Of a stretch of 64,000 nucleotides of DNA, positions 13,600 through 28,419 are shown one piece after another. Source of the DNA: the human T2T-CHM13v2.0 reference genome, Homo sapiens. The translations under genes were made by a program, and so were the position numbers. The DNA lies in the NCBI RefSeq assembly GCF_009914755.1, contig NC_060927.1; one strand, 5' to 3'. The notes under the pieces are model-generated. The model searched no databases. It had not been told where the DNA came from and saw nothing but the letters and a program-made list of their open reading frames with translations. The number at the start of each line of letters is the position of its first letter. The first letter of the stretch is position 1.

Positions 13600-14232
13600 G
13601 CCCACACCTAGGCATCCTACTTAGCTGCCCCCTCACATTCAATCTAATCCTGTCCCAATCTAGACCACCATCATCTCTTGCCTTTTAATAGTCTTGTTGC
13701 CTCCAATCCTGCTCCCCTCCATCTATTCTAAACAGAGTGATCTAGGACACAAGTTTTATTAAAGCATCCTAAAACCTGTCAGGAGCCTCCCATTGCTCCA
13801 AGAATAAAGTCAAAATTGTTTAGTTAATGAAACAACCTGCTTGCCTCAAGGCAGCTCACTCTTCAATCTTGCTGAACAACTATATTTTTCTATATATTCT
13901 CTAGCATGTGATTCTTTCCACATGCTCTTCCTTTTACCTGGTAAACTTTTGCTACGGTCCACTCTTGTTCAGCATCTTCTATTTGCCCTTAGGTGTCATT
14001 TCATTCAATGAGCCTTTTTCGACATTCTCAGCTCTCACCAAGGGGGTATCATGGCCCTTTTCTGTGGTCCTTGTGTTACCATCACCACTCATAATACTTT
14101 GTTCTCACTATTGGCTGATTTTATTCCCCACTATAAGCTCTTTAAGGAAAGGAACCATGTCTTCTTTAATTCTGATTGCGTGATTTAAGAACTGGCAAAT
14201 GTTCAGCATTTTGTAAATCTTTATTGAATAAA
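13600..14232 (+). mobile_element. L2 LINE 3' region, degraded
   Basis: ACCATCATCTCTTGCC...CCATCTATTCT...CCCATTGCTCCAAGAATAAAGTCAAAA and 3'-end-like TATAAGCTCTTTAAGGAAAGGAACCATGTC...TTATTGAATAAA; boundaries approximate. Confidence 0.6.
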
Positions 14233-15281
14233 GTAAGATCAGTATGCTTCTGATCAGCCAAGGGTTTTTGGTGTATTTAATGTCCATAATGGCAGCCTAG
14301 TTAGAACATGACTTGAAAAATAAATGTTATAGAAAAGACAGGCACAATTTAGTTCTCATGCTTTCTGGAAAGGTGTGAAGCTCTGAAACCACTATACCCA
14401 TCTATTTAGATAAATATGATAAGATAGAAGGAGTGCTCTATTTTAGAAATAGAGACCCTTTTTCTTTCTCTTGGATAAGACACAGTGGAATCCATTTCTA
14501 ATTCTGAAAATAAGAAAAAGACAAATTTCTTTCCAAGTTAATACTCAAGAACTTTCTGTGGAGGTAGTTTTAGCAGCCATAATTTGACCTGAGTATTTCT
14601 GAATCCTTGTGATAATATGTAACATTATAACAGATTGGTACTTTCAGAGTAATATGGAACTCAGAGAAATTTATGATATTGCAATAAAATAATACAGATT
14701 TTAAAGACTACTTTCTGGATATGGATTTCAAAGCCTGCGAGCAAAATATGTTGGCTTTTTTTTCTCTATTTCTCTTTACCTACCCAAATAATTTGTAAAG
14801 GATTTATCTAAGATATAATCATCTCTGCTATCTCAGGGACTATTAAGAGATGGTGGACCTTGACACAATGAAGAATGGAAGGCCCAGATTTAAGGACATT
14901 GCAAATTACATGGGACTAATTCCAATTCCTTCAGAGGACAAATTTCTTTGGGGTCTGAGTCATATAGTTTGGCTGCACAGCTCTTTTCCCAATCACCTGA
15001 ATGACCAGCGTTTGGATCTGGGTTCATTTAGCTGCAAGGGGACCTCATTAAATGCTGTGTACACAAAAGGTCAACAATTCCTCACACTGAAAAAAGGGAA
15101 AAGAGGAGCCCTTCCAGCAAAACAACTGAATAAACACTGTAAATGTTACTAAACAGGAAAGTACAGAGAAGTGCCTGCTGGAAGGAGATCCATGGCAGAA
15201 CAAAAATAGCACAAAGAGAGATTCTCTGTCATCCATCAAGATCCAAAAGCAGTTCTCCACGCTAACCAATGATTTGATTAA

Positions 15282-15615
<334 letters not shown>

Positions 15616-18363
15616 TCAGATTTCCAATTTTTAAAGAAATCGAACAAAAATTAAGTACACTCAAGGTCATGTACTTTTTTCTGGCAATTCAGAGAGTTTT
15701 AGGACACGGCAGGAACTCAGAGAAACCTAAGTCAAATGATTCCTTCATTCTTCGATTTTATTCCCTACCAAGATCAAGTTTCTCCAAAAGCTCTGCCACC
15801 AAGAGCATCAAAAAGTCAACCACACTGGGGCCTCCTGCTACTATTGAAGAAATAAGTGTGACAGAGGTTCTAGTTCTCCCAGTTTTAACTGAATAATAAT
15901 AAATACATTCTCTTTGCTATGAAGTTATACTGATATAGAGGAAAATCCAGTTGTTGGCTTCTACATCCACAGTTATGTTTTTCTATGTAGACAAATGCTA
16001 TGGTCTTTTACCATTGCTGAATTCCTTAATGGAGTTGTTGTTAGAAAATCAGATTGGAAAGACAACTTGTTCTGTTGTTGGATTCATTCATTTGGAGGTA
16101 GTCATTTGGTGCGTTTAAGTGCTTTGAGTTTTGTAGATACTTTCTCAGCTATAATTCCTTTTTCGCATTTTGTGGTTGTCTTCACAGTAAACATCCTGAT
16201 ACTAAGGAATCTAGAGTAGACAGGATAAGTAAAAGATAATCCACAAAAGTCTAAAAGTAGAGCTTCTAAGGAGTACACAAATGCTAGATTATGTTTTTTT
16301 TCTCAAGAGAAGGACAGCACATTTATTATTAGCTGCTGAAACCCAACCGTTTTCTAAAACTTTCCATATTAATGACAGCTCTTAAGAATTATTCCCATTA
16401 AGAGGTTAGGAGTCATTACACTTTATTATCTTCCATGTCAACAAATATTATTACGAACAAGTGAATTAAATATTCAAGGCATTTAATGCATTTATTTACA
16501 AATCCCAAGAATGAATTTGTTCACGTAGTTTCTGCCTCATCAAGCATTAAAAAGCCTTATACCATATGCCTTTCACAGCTTGACAAGTCTGTCAACCTAA
16601 CTTCACCCATGTGCATGAATAGGTAAATCCACAAAGACACAAGGTAAGCTAAAAAAATTTTTGGTTGTTTTCAAATGACTGCACTAATCATTTCAACTGT
16701 ACTTTTACTGAAATGCCTCCTTAAAGAACTCCAAACTCTCATGTCCACCGTGGCCAGGATAGTAACAAACTCTCCTCCACACTAGGTCAAGCCCAAATTG
16801 CCCATAAATTTGCCATTCATTTTGTCCTTTCTTTTCAAATCTTTGGGTGATTTTGTTAAAACCAGCCACTTAAAAGAAATGAGAAAAATAAAGCTGGAAA
16901 TCTTCCAAAACAGGTAAGTAGCTAAATCACACAATAATCTTTGCCTTGTGGGAAGATTGACATGGTAATGCCACTTCAGATGATATTCCTAAAGTTGTTT
17001 TTGTTGAGTGAGTTGGAATCCTGCAACGTAAGAATTCTCCTTGGAACTGGGATATTTTTGAAACAACATATTAGGACCAGATTGCATCAGATATAAAAGA
17101 AGAACACTGACCAATCACTATTTCTAACTAAATTGCTGAGTAATCCTCCAAATAATTTAAGCCACATGATTGCCTTAGTAAGCAGAGAATAGTAACATGA
17201 CAATTTTAAAACAACTAAAATTTTGTTACTGGTGGACATTGCAGAGTCCTACAAGGAAAATCTGCACTCTCATGTTAAATAAAGAAAAGGAAAGGAAAGA
17301 CCTCAGGAGGAAGGAAAAATTAAAATAAAGCCGATGTAACTGCCAATGAAGATGAGAAGTTTTGGGAAATATTTAAGAGATTCATTAAGATTTATTAGAT
17401 AAAAGCTGACCATACAGACTACAAAAAAATTCTTGAAAATATTTAGGCAAAGAAAAAAGGAACGTATAGAGAACTACTAGAAGAATTTGGGAAAACTGAT
17501 CTTTTTAGTATTTTTCTCCTAAATATACCATCAGGAATGCTAGTGGTTATTTTTTGAAACTAAGCTTAGGAATGGCCCACTTTGATGTCCTAATGTCTTA
17601 TTCCCTTAGGATACCTACTAGATGAATATCTGAAAAGCTCCCTTACAGATCAACCATATAGAGAACATATGACACCAAAAGACAGACCTGGAGGGAAATT
17701 AGACCTGTAGCTATAGCAACCAGAGTAATCAAGCAGCACACTTTCTGAGTTGGGAATAAAAATGATTCAAAACATTAGTAAAGGGGGCAGGACTCTTCCT
17801 TAACTCACTAAGGGGTAAGTGGTGATGGAAAAGAGGTTTTGATGGATTTGCGTTGAGTGAAAGAGTCAAGAGTATTGTACCAAAGCTAACGTAGGATTTT
17901 AGCACATGATACAGCCCACACACACCCATCAACATAAGTTGCAGAGTAACAGTTGATGCGTTTCTTCGAACAAGAGGAAAATGTTCAAATTGTAAAGACT
18001 TGAAGATTGAGGGAAAGGTAAATCTCAGCAAAGGGGATACTCTGCTAAAACCAAAGGGAAGGTGAGTTATAGTATTCATGTATCTATGCCCTAACCCCAC
18101 ATCTATATCTGAAGCACCTGCAGCACTGGGCCATCCAATCAAAATGAGCTTTGTGTAAATGGGAGAATGACCAGAAAGTAACCAGTAGACTGGCTGAAGA
18201 GATATTTTTAGAGGGAATAGAAGTTCTCTGTGTAACTATCTAGAAGCACAAACCCTCCCCTGGCATCCTCTTCTAGTCTGTAGGAGCATGCTGTCCCCTT
18301 CCTCACCATCAATTTCTTCTGCAACATGGGACCGTACCTGCATGGGACTCTATTAAAGCCTGT

Positions 18364-18556
18364 AGTGGTGGTTTTCAAACATTAGCATGCATAAGAATTA
18401 TATGGGGAGTCTGTTGTATATTTAGATTGTTGAGTCACAATCCTAGTGTTTCTAGTTCATTAAGTTTTCAGTAGACTCCAAGGATCTGTATTTTTAACTG
18501 GACTCATATTTGATTTTAGGCAGGAAGTGCTTGGACCTCAATTTGAGAAACACCGG
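18364..18556. mobile_element. MER5-like hAT-Charlie MITE
   Basis: TAGTGGTGGTTTTCAAACATTAGCATGCATAAGAATTA ... ATCTGTATTTTTAAC ... TTTGAGAAACACCG termini. Confidence 0.65.
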
Positions 18557-19458
18557 CCTTAGGAAACCATTCTTCCTTCGTGAAAATATGCACCCTTGGA
18601 AAATATGCACCATATCAGGTGGAGTCCACTTCCTCCAGACTTGGAGTAGAGAGAGCAAAAAAAAAAAAAAAAAAAAAACAGTAAACATTTGCTTTCATTA
18701 ATAAAAGATAATATATGTAACAAGGGTTAAATTTTAAGTCCTGATATTTGAATCACTTCAAACTGATCTTGGAAAAAATGGACATCTCATACAATTAGTT
18801 ATAGTGATTGTCTGTGAGAGGTCCCAGTCTGATAAAATGGTGGTGGAAATGAATGAGATTTTGAGAATCACATCTGGTCTTAAGAAAGTCCTCATTGGTA
18901 CCACAACCATTCCTACCTAAAAGTGTACACATGCACAATGGCCAAGTGGATTATTTTCATTTTCAAAGAAAGACATTATCTTCAGAGATGAGACTGGACT
19001 CTGTACTAGGGCATTCTCTTATGTTCATAGCATGACCAACTAAAACAAAGAAAATACCATAATGCTAGAGAGATGGGAGACCCAATAATAAGTGTTTTCA
19101 GTCTATTGTCAATCAAAGGGAACTGTCCTGGTTTAAATCTCATGTTGCAATTATTTGACTTCTACTTTAATTGTATTAAGGAAACCTGTGGCTATCTGAC
19201 AAATTTCAAGTGGAAAAAAAAAATAAATGGATGTGTTCATGGGATTGTCACACCATTCAGATACTGGCGGTTAGGTATACAACTGTAAAATTATAGAAAG
19301 TCAATAAAATTTTAATGTATATGTTCATATTTCTAAATGCTCAAGGATAACTGGTAATTTGGCTGAATCTAATAGAAAAACATAAATATCCATCCCTCAA
19401 TGAACTGCTTTTGTCAAATTTGACTTTTCATATAACAGAGCTCACCTCTTATTTCTGA

Positions 19459-19830
<372 letters not shown>

Positions 19831-21086
19831 TAAACTGAGAGCTTTTTAAATAAAAAGGTTTAACCCTCTCTCTCTTTGGTAGGTTCATTATTTTTGCCCT
19901 GTGCTCGAGGCAGTATTATTCTGAAAACCTTCGATTCTGAACTCTAAGAAAATTGAAATTCTATCCTAGCCCAGTATTTTATCTTAAAAGGCTCACAATA
20001 CATACACTCTAATTATCAAAATATCCTAGACTGATTTCCATCCTACAGCTCTGATCTAGATAAGTTCATTCCCATACCAGAAGATTTGAAGAGAAATAAA
20101 TAAACAGCAGCCATTAACTTTAGCCATCAGCTGAATAGCTCACTTAGCTGTCTCTGCTGCTTCCTAAGTCTTACTTTAAAGACAGGCTGATCTTGCTGAT
20201 TCATCTGCGCGACAAGCTCACTAGCTACAGAGGAGACTAGATGACATTTTCCAAAGTGCATTTATGCCTCTTTTCTCATTTACCCTAAAGCACTGGTCTA
20301 AGTTAGCTAAAACAGAAAGTATTATTCACAATGAAAATAGCAGAAACTTAGGCTAAAGGAAGTGATATGCTTCATATAAGATGTTGCTAGTATCACTTGG
20401 GCCTAAAACTCAGATATCTTGACTCCCATTTGCAGCCCTGTGATTCCCGGCCAAGTCCATTATTTTCCCACTTGATTGTGTTCTGCTCTGAAAGTTCCTC
20501 ATCCTGAAGATTCATCATCAAACAAACACTTACGGAGCATCTATTATGTACCAGACACATAGTTCAGCTCTACAGGTCAAGACTTCTTCTTTTCAACTTC
20601 CTCTAAGAGGGCCATAGTATCCTTATCTGTGCAAAGAGAAAGATAGACTAGATTTTTCTCTAAGTTTTTTTGTTTTTTAGCTGGGACCAACTATGTGGTT
20701 GGTTTTCAGTATATAACAAGAAGGAGGAAGGTACCAGTTATCCAGGTCATAATCAAAAAGTTTGCCAAATCAATTTCCATTTTATTTTCAGAGAAGGTAA
20801 AAGACCTGAGCACCCTCACTTGTTTCTGGGAAATTAATAACTTCCACATTATATGAAATGCTGGGTTGCTTAATGATAGATCATAATAAAAGGTTGTAAT
20901 AACCAGAGGGTGGATGCTTGTTCTGACTATTTGTCATGCTGTTGACTTGAAATCATTTATTTCTCTTAGTCAGTATGTTACATCCCAGGTTTGCATTTGT
21001 CTTGCTACATAAATCAGTGGTTTAAATGGGAAAGAGATCAGAGTCCTATTAATTGCAATTAGTCTACGAGACAACTTCTCAACAAA

Positions 21087-21146
21087 TGTGTATGTATGTG
21101 TGTGTATATATATGTATGTGTGTTTCTGCGTGTGTGTGTGTGTGTA
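21087..21146. repeat. (TG)n/(TA)n compound microsatellite
   Basis: Directly visible. Confidence 0.9.
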
Positions 21147-22599
21147 TCTCAAATAAACAACTACAACAGGTGTAATTTAGTCGATCTGGTTCTTATCTCC
21201 TAAATCATTTCTGAAAAAAATTGCTCTGACATAGTACAATTCTGATTATTACATCCATTTATATAAAACAAGGAATTCAAAAAATATTTTCCATAAATTG
21301 CCTAAGAATGAAAGCCTTATTCTAATATATTTGCTGCAGTGTAGGATTTGGCTTCAGAGGGTCCAGCTTTGTACTCTTAAGAAGATAGAGGCAAGCATTT
21401 TTTACTTTTCAAAGTGCTTTCATTGTTTGCCTTTCCATAGATACTACCACAACCCAAGGAGGAAAACTGGATGAAGTTGCCAATGAGAAAGCAGCTATAT
21501 TTACATAGGACAATAGTGAACAGTCTGAGATCTTATATCAGGTTGATGACGAAGACCAAGACTAGACCTAGCATCCCTGGCCCTTGATCCAGGGAACTTT
21601 GCCTTCCATAGTGCTATGGTTTTACCTGAAATAGGGTGAGTGTTAGACAGAGAACCACCGCAGTGTTAGCATCTGGTCTCTGACTCAGTGCTCTCCACTA
21701 ATGGATTTCTCCTGCCTTTCTCCTTCCCTGGTCTTCTTGCCTCACCCAGCTGGTTCATACATGAAGCTGGGCCATTGATAAGGTCCTGATAAGACATTTA
21801 GAGGCTCAAGTAATGCAAGGTGATGGTGCACACATCAACCCAATCAATGCTAATTTAAATAATAAATCAGAAAAGATGTTTGAGAGCAGCCAAGGTAGTT
21901 CTTGGTTCTCCTAGAATGATTACCTGGATGTTTTTTTTCACATACCAAAACTTTCCAAAGAACATTTTGGATGGGTTCTCCTGCCTTGTAGGTACCTTAA
22001 GTACGTACCCACTGGGATATCAAAGTTGGCTTCTCAAAAAGAAGTAAGTGGTAAAAAATACATCCCCCACTGACACACACATTCCTCCTCATCCCATCCA
22101 TAACCAATGCCCATAGAAGGGGTCTCAGCCAAGCCAGTGCCAGCTGAGACCCAGTTCCCTGGGGGTCTGCTGTCAGATCTCTGAGGAAATGCTTCTGTGA
22201 CAAAAGTCATGATAAACAACGAGCTTCCCTGAGGAGCCACGCTGTCAATTCTGTTTCCTTCCACCAGGGCTAGAAGCTCAAGTGCTTTTCTAACTGAGTC
22301 AGAATAATTTAACTCATAAATAATCCTGCCACAACTAGTGACACGCTCCACTAGAATCATTCAAAGTTAATACAAGTATAAGTTTAAGAACTTGATGGAA
22401 TCCAAACGCAGCTTCCTTGATGGGGATGAAAGCTGTGGAAAACGAGAGGAGTCCTGGGCCCAGTAACTTGATAATAAATCTGAACCTCCAATTGCCAGTG
22501 GGTGGGGGAAATTCCCAGGTGTCCATTAACTCAGAAATTGCTCCTTCCATTTGCAAGTGAGTCTTAAAAGGAACAATTTGCATTTCCAACCACGATGTC

Positions 22600-23080
22600 T
22601 GGAGCCAGAGACAAGATTTAAGTTTCATATCAAACTTCACTTTGGCAACTGTATATTATCCTGTCCTAACTCTTCGATTAGACATTCTGTTATGAATCGA
22701 TTTCCCTGGCAGTTGTTAATTCCACGCAATGGAGGGGAGGCAGAGTAATGTACTGATGTGAGGCCGCCCTCGCTTGCAGCTCCAATTTGCTCATGTAGAC
22801 ATGCAAATCATATGCCTGTTTATGGCGGCAGCCGGTCATAATGGCCCAGTTATGTTTAAATTCAAAGTACAAACCTTAACAAAATTATTCATAATTTACT
22901 ATGGAAGAAAGCTGGGGTGACAGCTAGCCACTTTCTTTGTAAATAAGCAAGATAATAACCGGGCAGCAAATGTAAATGATAGCCACTATGTATTTTAAGC
23001 AGCTATGGTGTCTCTGCTAAAACAATATTCTAAATTATGTTTCATCTAAGACCAATAATATTAGGGGTGAGTCATTAGCC
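22600..23080. promoter_or_regulatory. Candidate enhancer / conserved non-coding element
   Basis: No recognisable repeat; local CpG retention; octamer ATGCAAAT (22801), TTTATGG (22819), TGTAAATA (22938), AP-1 TGAGTCA (23068). Motif inference only. Confidence 0.4.
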
Positions 23081-24844
23081 TCTGCACCCCTTTACAAAAA
23101 TCTGATTGTGTGATATTAATTCCAAAGGATTATGTGTAGAGCTGAGAGCTATACAAATGCTCTCAGTATGCTGGCTTTGCCAAAAAGAGCTTTCCCCACA
23201 GGACTTATGTTCCCTGGCTCCATGAAGTTGAGCACTGCCAACTGGATGATCTGCTGAAACAGGTTTAAATTTGGGGAACAGGAATGAGCTCATTATAGCC
23301 TCATTGTCCTACTGGCAGAGAGCAGGTCTTGTGGGCTTGAGAAAGAAATGAGATAGGTTTTGACCCTCCTGGCTCCTACAATTTACTCCTGTTACTACAC
23401 TTGGACCAACCTCACTCCTTCCACCTCCTTCTGACTTCAACTCCCTCACCCACACATATGCTTCTGCAGGCCCAACCTCATCCTGGGTCCCAAGATTAAT
23501 CCTGACCTGAGGTTGAAAGGAAGAAAGCGTCAGCCCCAACCTCACCCTCCGAAAGGTAGCATTTTCCTCCATTATCTTTTTCTCTTGGAGAAAATGGTAT
23601 GGACCTGATAGGGTCAAAAGATGGATAGACCCTGGACCCCTAAAAAACCAAATGGAGAAGAACTTCCACTTACTTGCAGTTAAACCAAACCAAAAACCAA
23701 GCCTGATCTGGGCTAATTCACTGAGATGGGATTTATTAATTGCTAACAAACTATAAAATAATGTGTGTCTCTTTTCCTGGACCCCCATTAAGCACCGTCA
23801 TTTAGCCAGCATGACATATGTGCTGTCATTTCAAAAGCCAATCCTACCATTTAGAATCCTCCTCAATTATTAGTCTTCCTTTTAAATCTGGCAGCTCTCC
23901 ATAGCCCAATGAAACGTTGGCCATCCCTCCACTCTGTGATAGCGTCAGTAAGAAATGAAATGAATCAAAGCTCCAGCTGTGGCCCGGCAAGTCTGCTGCA
24001 AGTACAGCCAGTCTTAATTGATGAAGCCATTTACTGGGTCTCTAAATTAAAATATTGGATTTGAGCCACATGACTTCCTAGGATCAGCCTGACCTCTCTC
24101 TGGAGCTCAGAGGTGGTGACATCAGAATACAGCAGGAAGTGGATGAGTGCATTGCTTCTGTAATTAAAGTCCTTCAGCCTCCAGGAAATGGTGACAAAGC
24201 TGTGACTTAAGACATAGGGCAGATAAAATGTTAATTGCAAACTTGTAGGAGGGGGCATAAGGTATGCTGCACTGCTCACCTCGCTGAGACTTTAACAAGA
24301 TGGCATCTGAGGGTTGATGGCTTTATTAGCATTCTGACTGTGCCTTCCAAGCCTGTAATGTTGTGAAACTCTCTCCCTAAACATACAGTTAAGAAGAAGA
24401 GAAAAAGGTGCCCAGTAGGTAGTAGCAATGGGACTCACAAATGGTGATAACTTATAGCATTGCGGTATATTATCCATGCAGAACCACTATTATTAAGGTT
24501 TTAACATTAAGCCTGGCTGGGCTGAATGCTTATCACCTAATTATATCAAGCATAGAGCACCAGAAGGCATGTGTTTTTTTAAAATATGTTTCCTTCAAAA
24601 ATGTCCAGATGAAGATACTTGCTAAGCTAATTTGCAAGCATGTAGTCCTTTAGTATATCAATAGGTGATTGAAGAATTGGCAAATGCAACTCTGAAAAGC
24701 AAAGGAGAAATGTTGGGTATAGCTCTAGAATCAGGTCTTCTAATAGCAACCCAACTGGCTGTTCCCTATACCCCTGTCTAGTATCACTGTGGTCACACCC
24801 TTCCTATCAATACATAAGTTTGTCAAATATATGGCATTTGGATA

Positions 24845-24985
24845 GATACCATCTATCTCCACCTATACCACATGTAGCTAATCATTCTCAGCACTGTTTC
24901 TGAGCCAAATTCTCCAGACGGCCACTACTAGTTGACCAAGGTTAACAAAAGGGATGAAACAGTTGTTCACCCAGGTACTAGATAT
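24845..24985 (-). mobile_element. MER102-like hAT relic
   Basis: CTAATCATTCTCAGCACTGTTTCTGAGCC...CTCCAGACGGCCACTACTAGTTGACCAAGGTT...GATGAAAC resembles reverse MER102 (from memory). Confidence 0.45.
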
Positions 24986-25079
24986 TGCATTTATTTTTCT
25001 GCTAATAAATGCTTAAGACGAGTGCACTAGCCCCAGCCTCTCCCCACAGTCTGCTCAGGAAGTCAGGTTGAACGGGGCT

Positions 25080-25270
25080 CAATCCAACTTCATTACTCAC
25101 TAGCTATGGGTCCTTGAAGAACTCACCTGACCTATCTGGTACTCAGTTGTTTTATGTATGGGAAATAATGAAACTTTCCTTGCAGTGTGATTGGGAGGAT
25201 TAAATAAGATAACATGGATGAAAATGCTCAGGACAATGCCCTGCACATAGTACATGCTCACTAAACATGG
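25080..25270 (+). mobile_element. MIR SINE
   Basis: ACTCACTAGCTATGGGTCCTTG...CTCAGTT...GGAGGATTAAATAAGATAAC...TGCACATAGTACATGCTCA. Confidence 0.75.
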
Positions 25271-26412
25271 GTTCATTTCATTTTCCGGTATGGAAAACAA
25301 AGACACACCCCTGGGGCAAAAAAAACTAAGAAATGAAGATTTTTTTTCTCAGAACAGAAAACTAGAATTTAGAGCCCACAGAACTCTCCTGGAGCACCGT
25401 AGAGACTGGTTAAAGTCAATAGGTTATCAATGTCCAGCTTTGAAATGGAACAGAAGCTGCAAGCCCACAGGCCCGGCTCTGGTGGGGGTGGGGAGCAAGA
25501 TTGAGAGCCTTGAGCAACAGATGATGTCAGCAACCTTTGACCAGTGAAAAATCCCTAGCGCCGTAGAGGAGACCAACGAGATTGGAGTGAGCCAGGGGAG
25601 TTAGGATACAAGATTACCTACTGCCAACTGATGGGCATGTTAGAGAACGAGGTCTGGGGCTAATTCATTTAGTCTTGGTTCCCCAAAGGCTTCAAGATAA
25701 AGACTTGAAGATATATTTCAAGGTAAAGTCCACACTTCTAAGCCTGATCTACAGGCCCTCCGTGGCCTGGCCCCTCCATTCCCTCTAGTCTCATCTCTTA
25801 CTCCTCTGCCTCACTCAGCATCTCCACATGGCTTATAACACCATGCATCCCATGGTGCTCCTCTTCTGTGGGTCTCTGTTCTTGCTGTACCCTCCATCTG
25901 GAAGGTCCTTGCTTCCTCATTCCCTTCCACAAACCTCCTGTAATTCTCCTACATGACTCCTTGTCTTTAAAACTCAGTAACCCCTGGAAGTCTTCTACAA
26001 GCTGTGTTGCATATGCTTCACATGTGTTACATATGTGTTATATGAACACCATAACATTCTGACCATTGGCTCCTTCATTGCACTTACCATCTACCGGAAG
26101 ACAGGTTCAGAGATGGACGGTTACAAAACAGGATTATGAAATGCAACAAAAGGACAAGGATCATGCCTCTACCTTCCAGTGTTGTATCTCCAGTGCTTAG
26201 CATTGTGCTTGGTGCAGAGGGTGTGGAGTAGTGTAGAAATGTTAATGGATGAATAAATAAGTAAATGAATAAAGTGGGGAAAGGAGAGAAACTATCCCTT
26301 GTGATCACCTAATATCCATGCTGAAATAATGGGAGCCCTGGCCAGCCACACCCATGGATATGAAAGTGCCCAGGTGACTATGTATTGTAAACCCTTAAGA
26401 GTGGGGTTTCTA

Positions 26413-26760
<348 letters not shown>

Positions 26761-28419
26761 TCACCCCACATGGCAGCAGCTGACCCACCTGGCCTGAGTG
26801 TGATCCAGTGTCTTTCCCCAAGATCAACTTGAGGTTTACATTAAAAGAAAAAAAAATCTCCTTCAATAAGGAATCCCCAGTGCTCAGCCAACACTAATTA
26901 CATTAGACTGTTTGTCACTTCAGTCAACACAATCCGTGAAGCTATGCCCACCATAACCAGGGCTTCCCATCGAACATGACAACACTGAGCTGATAAGAAA
27001 TGACAGTAGACATTGCTGGCATATGCATGCCACCCACTCTTGGTGCCGGGTGAGATTTAGCTAAAAGGCATTTTAAGAGTGTGAAGAAAGGAAGGTTTTT
27101 TTCCCAGAATGTGTGGTTGGAATGCAAAGGATAGATAGGTGCCAACTGCTCTCCAGACACTATCGTGATTCAAACAATATTAAGGGGTGTAGTGCTTTCC
27201 TTGAGTGATTGAACCCATTACTGGTTCCTCCCAGTCATAACAACAAATATGTTACAAATGTTCAACTCACATTACAACCTTGCTTTCCAAGGGACCAGTT
27301 GATCGGTTACTTACACCACATAGGGTTTAATATAGGAGAGAAGAAATGGAAGAATGTCTATGTTATGGCTCTTCACGAGCTTACTAATTCAGCCTATTTG
27401 CTACAATATCTACTTTGTTCCATTCTGCACTTAATGAATATTTGCTGGGTGCTCACTCTATGAAAAACTTGGTGCTAGGCTTGAGGCACAGTGGGGTCAA
27501 CAGGTAGAGGGGAAGATACAACTAGGAGGGTAAACTGATATCTAAAATTGAAGTTAATGGGATTCTAAGAGCAATCATCACTTGGGAACTTTTCAGTGGC
27601 TGATGCTCCCTTTAAGTCTGCGGCTCTAACCGGGCTTGCATCATTTGTAAAGATATGTGCCAAGTTTATCTTCTATGTATCTTAAGAGATGAATCAGTAG
27701 CTCTTGAATACAAAGGGAGCCCTTCACTCAAGATGCAGCAAGGGTTGGTTTATTTATTACTAAAAGATGCAACATCCCCAGTAACCTGCTCCAGAACAAC
27801 CTGATACAAAAAGTAGGAAAGTGAAAAGATGGCAAATGACTTTCAGGGGCTTCAAAATAATCAAAAGAATGAAAGGTATTAGAAAGTTAAATAGTTAAAT
27901 GAATAACCAATGCATAATAAAATTAATAGTAATTAATAGCAATGCTACATGTCCTTTTAACACCTGGCACCAGATGTCATCTTAAGAAGATAATTAAAAT
28001 TGCTGGAGAAATGACTTGTAATTAGCTGAGTAAGTGGTGTAAGCTTAAGAATTTGAGACTAGAATGTCTGAGGAAGGTAAAAGAAAAGGGATGGAGAATA
28101 TTTTTCTCACAAGGGCAGGGGAGGTGAGTGAGAAGAGGAAATGGAGAACACAGTTTGAAGGCTGGACACCAAGAGGCATGCTGAGAGAGCCGCCTGGCAG
28201 GACCGTGGCTCCAAAGGATCTTAGGGAAGAGAAATTCTAATATCCAAGATTGAAGTTGTTTTCTGTGCAAATGTGGAATGTAGACCTCTCTACTCTCCCT
28301 CTAACACCTTCTATTAAGCCTATAGTTCTCAAAATACTTGAGGCTGGTAGAGTTTTCATGAAACTCAAGTAGTTTTAGATTCAATTATACAGAGAAGCAC
28401 AGAAAACTATGTGTGGGAA

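Noticed and set aside
14850-15152. 100-aa ATG-initiated ORF in unique sequence
   Set aside because: No recognisable homology, promoter or splice context; this length is expected by chance in 64 kb
23309-23788. 159-aa minus-strand ORF
   Set aside because: No domain similarity or exon structure that I can support; composition looks like translated non-coding DNA
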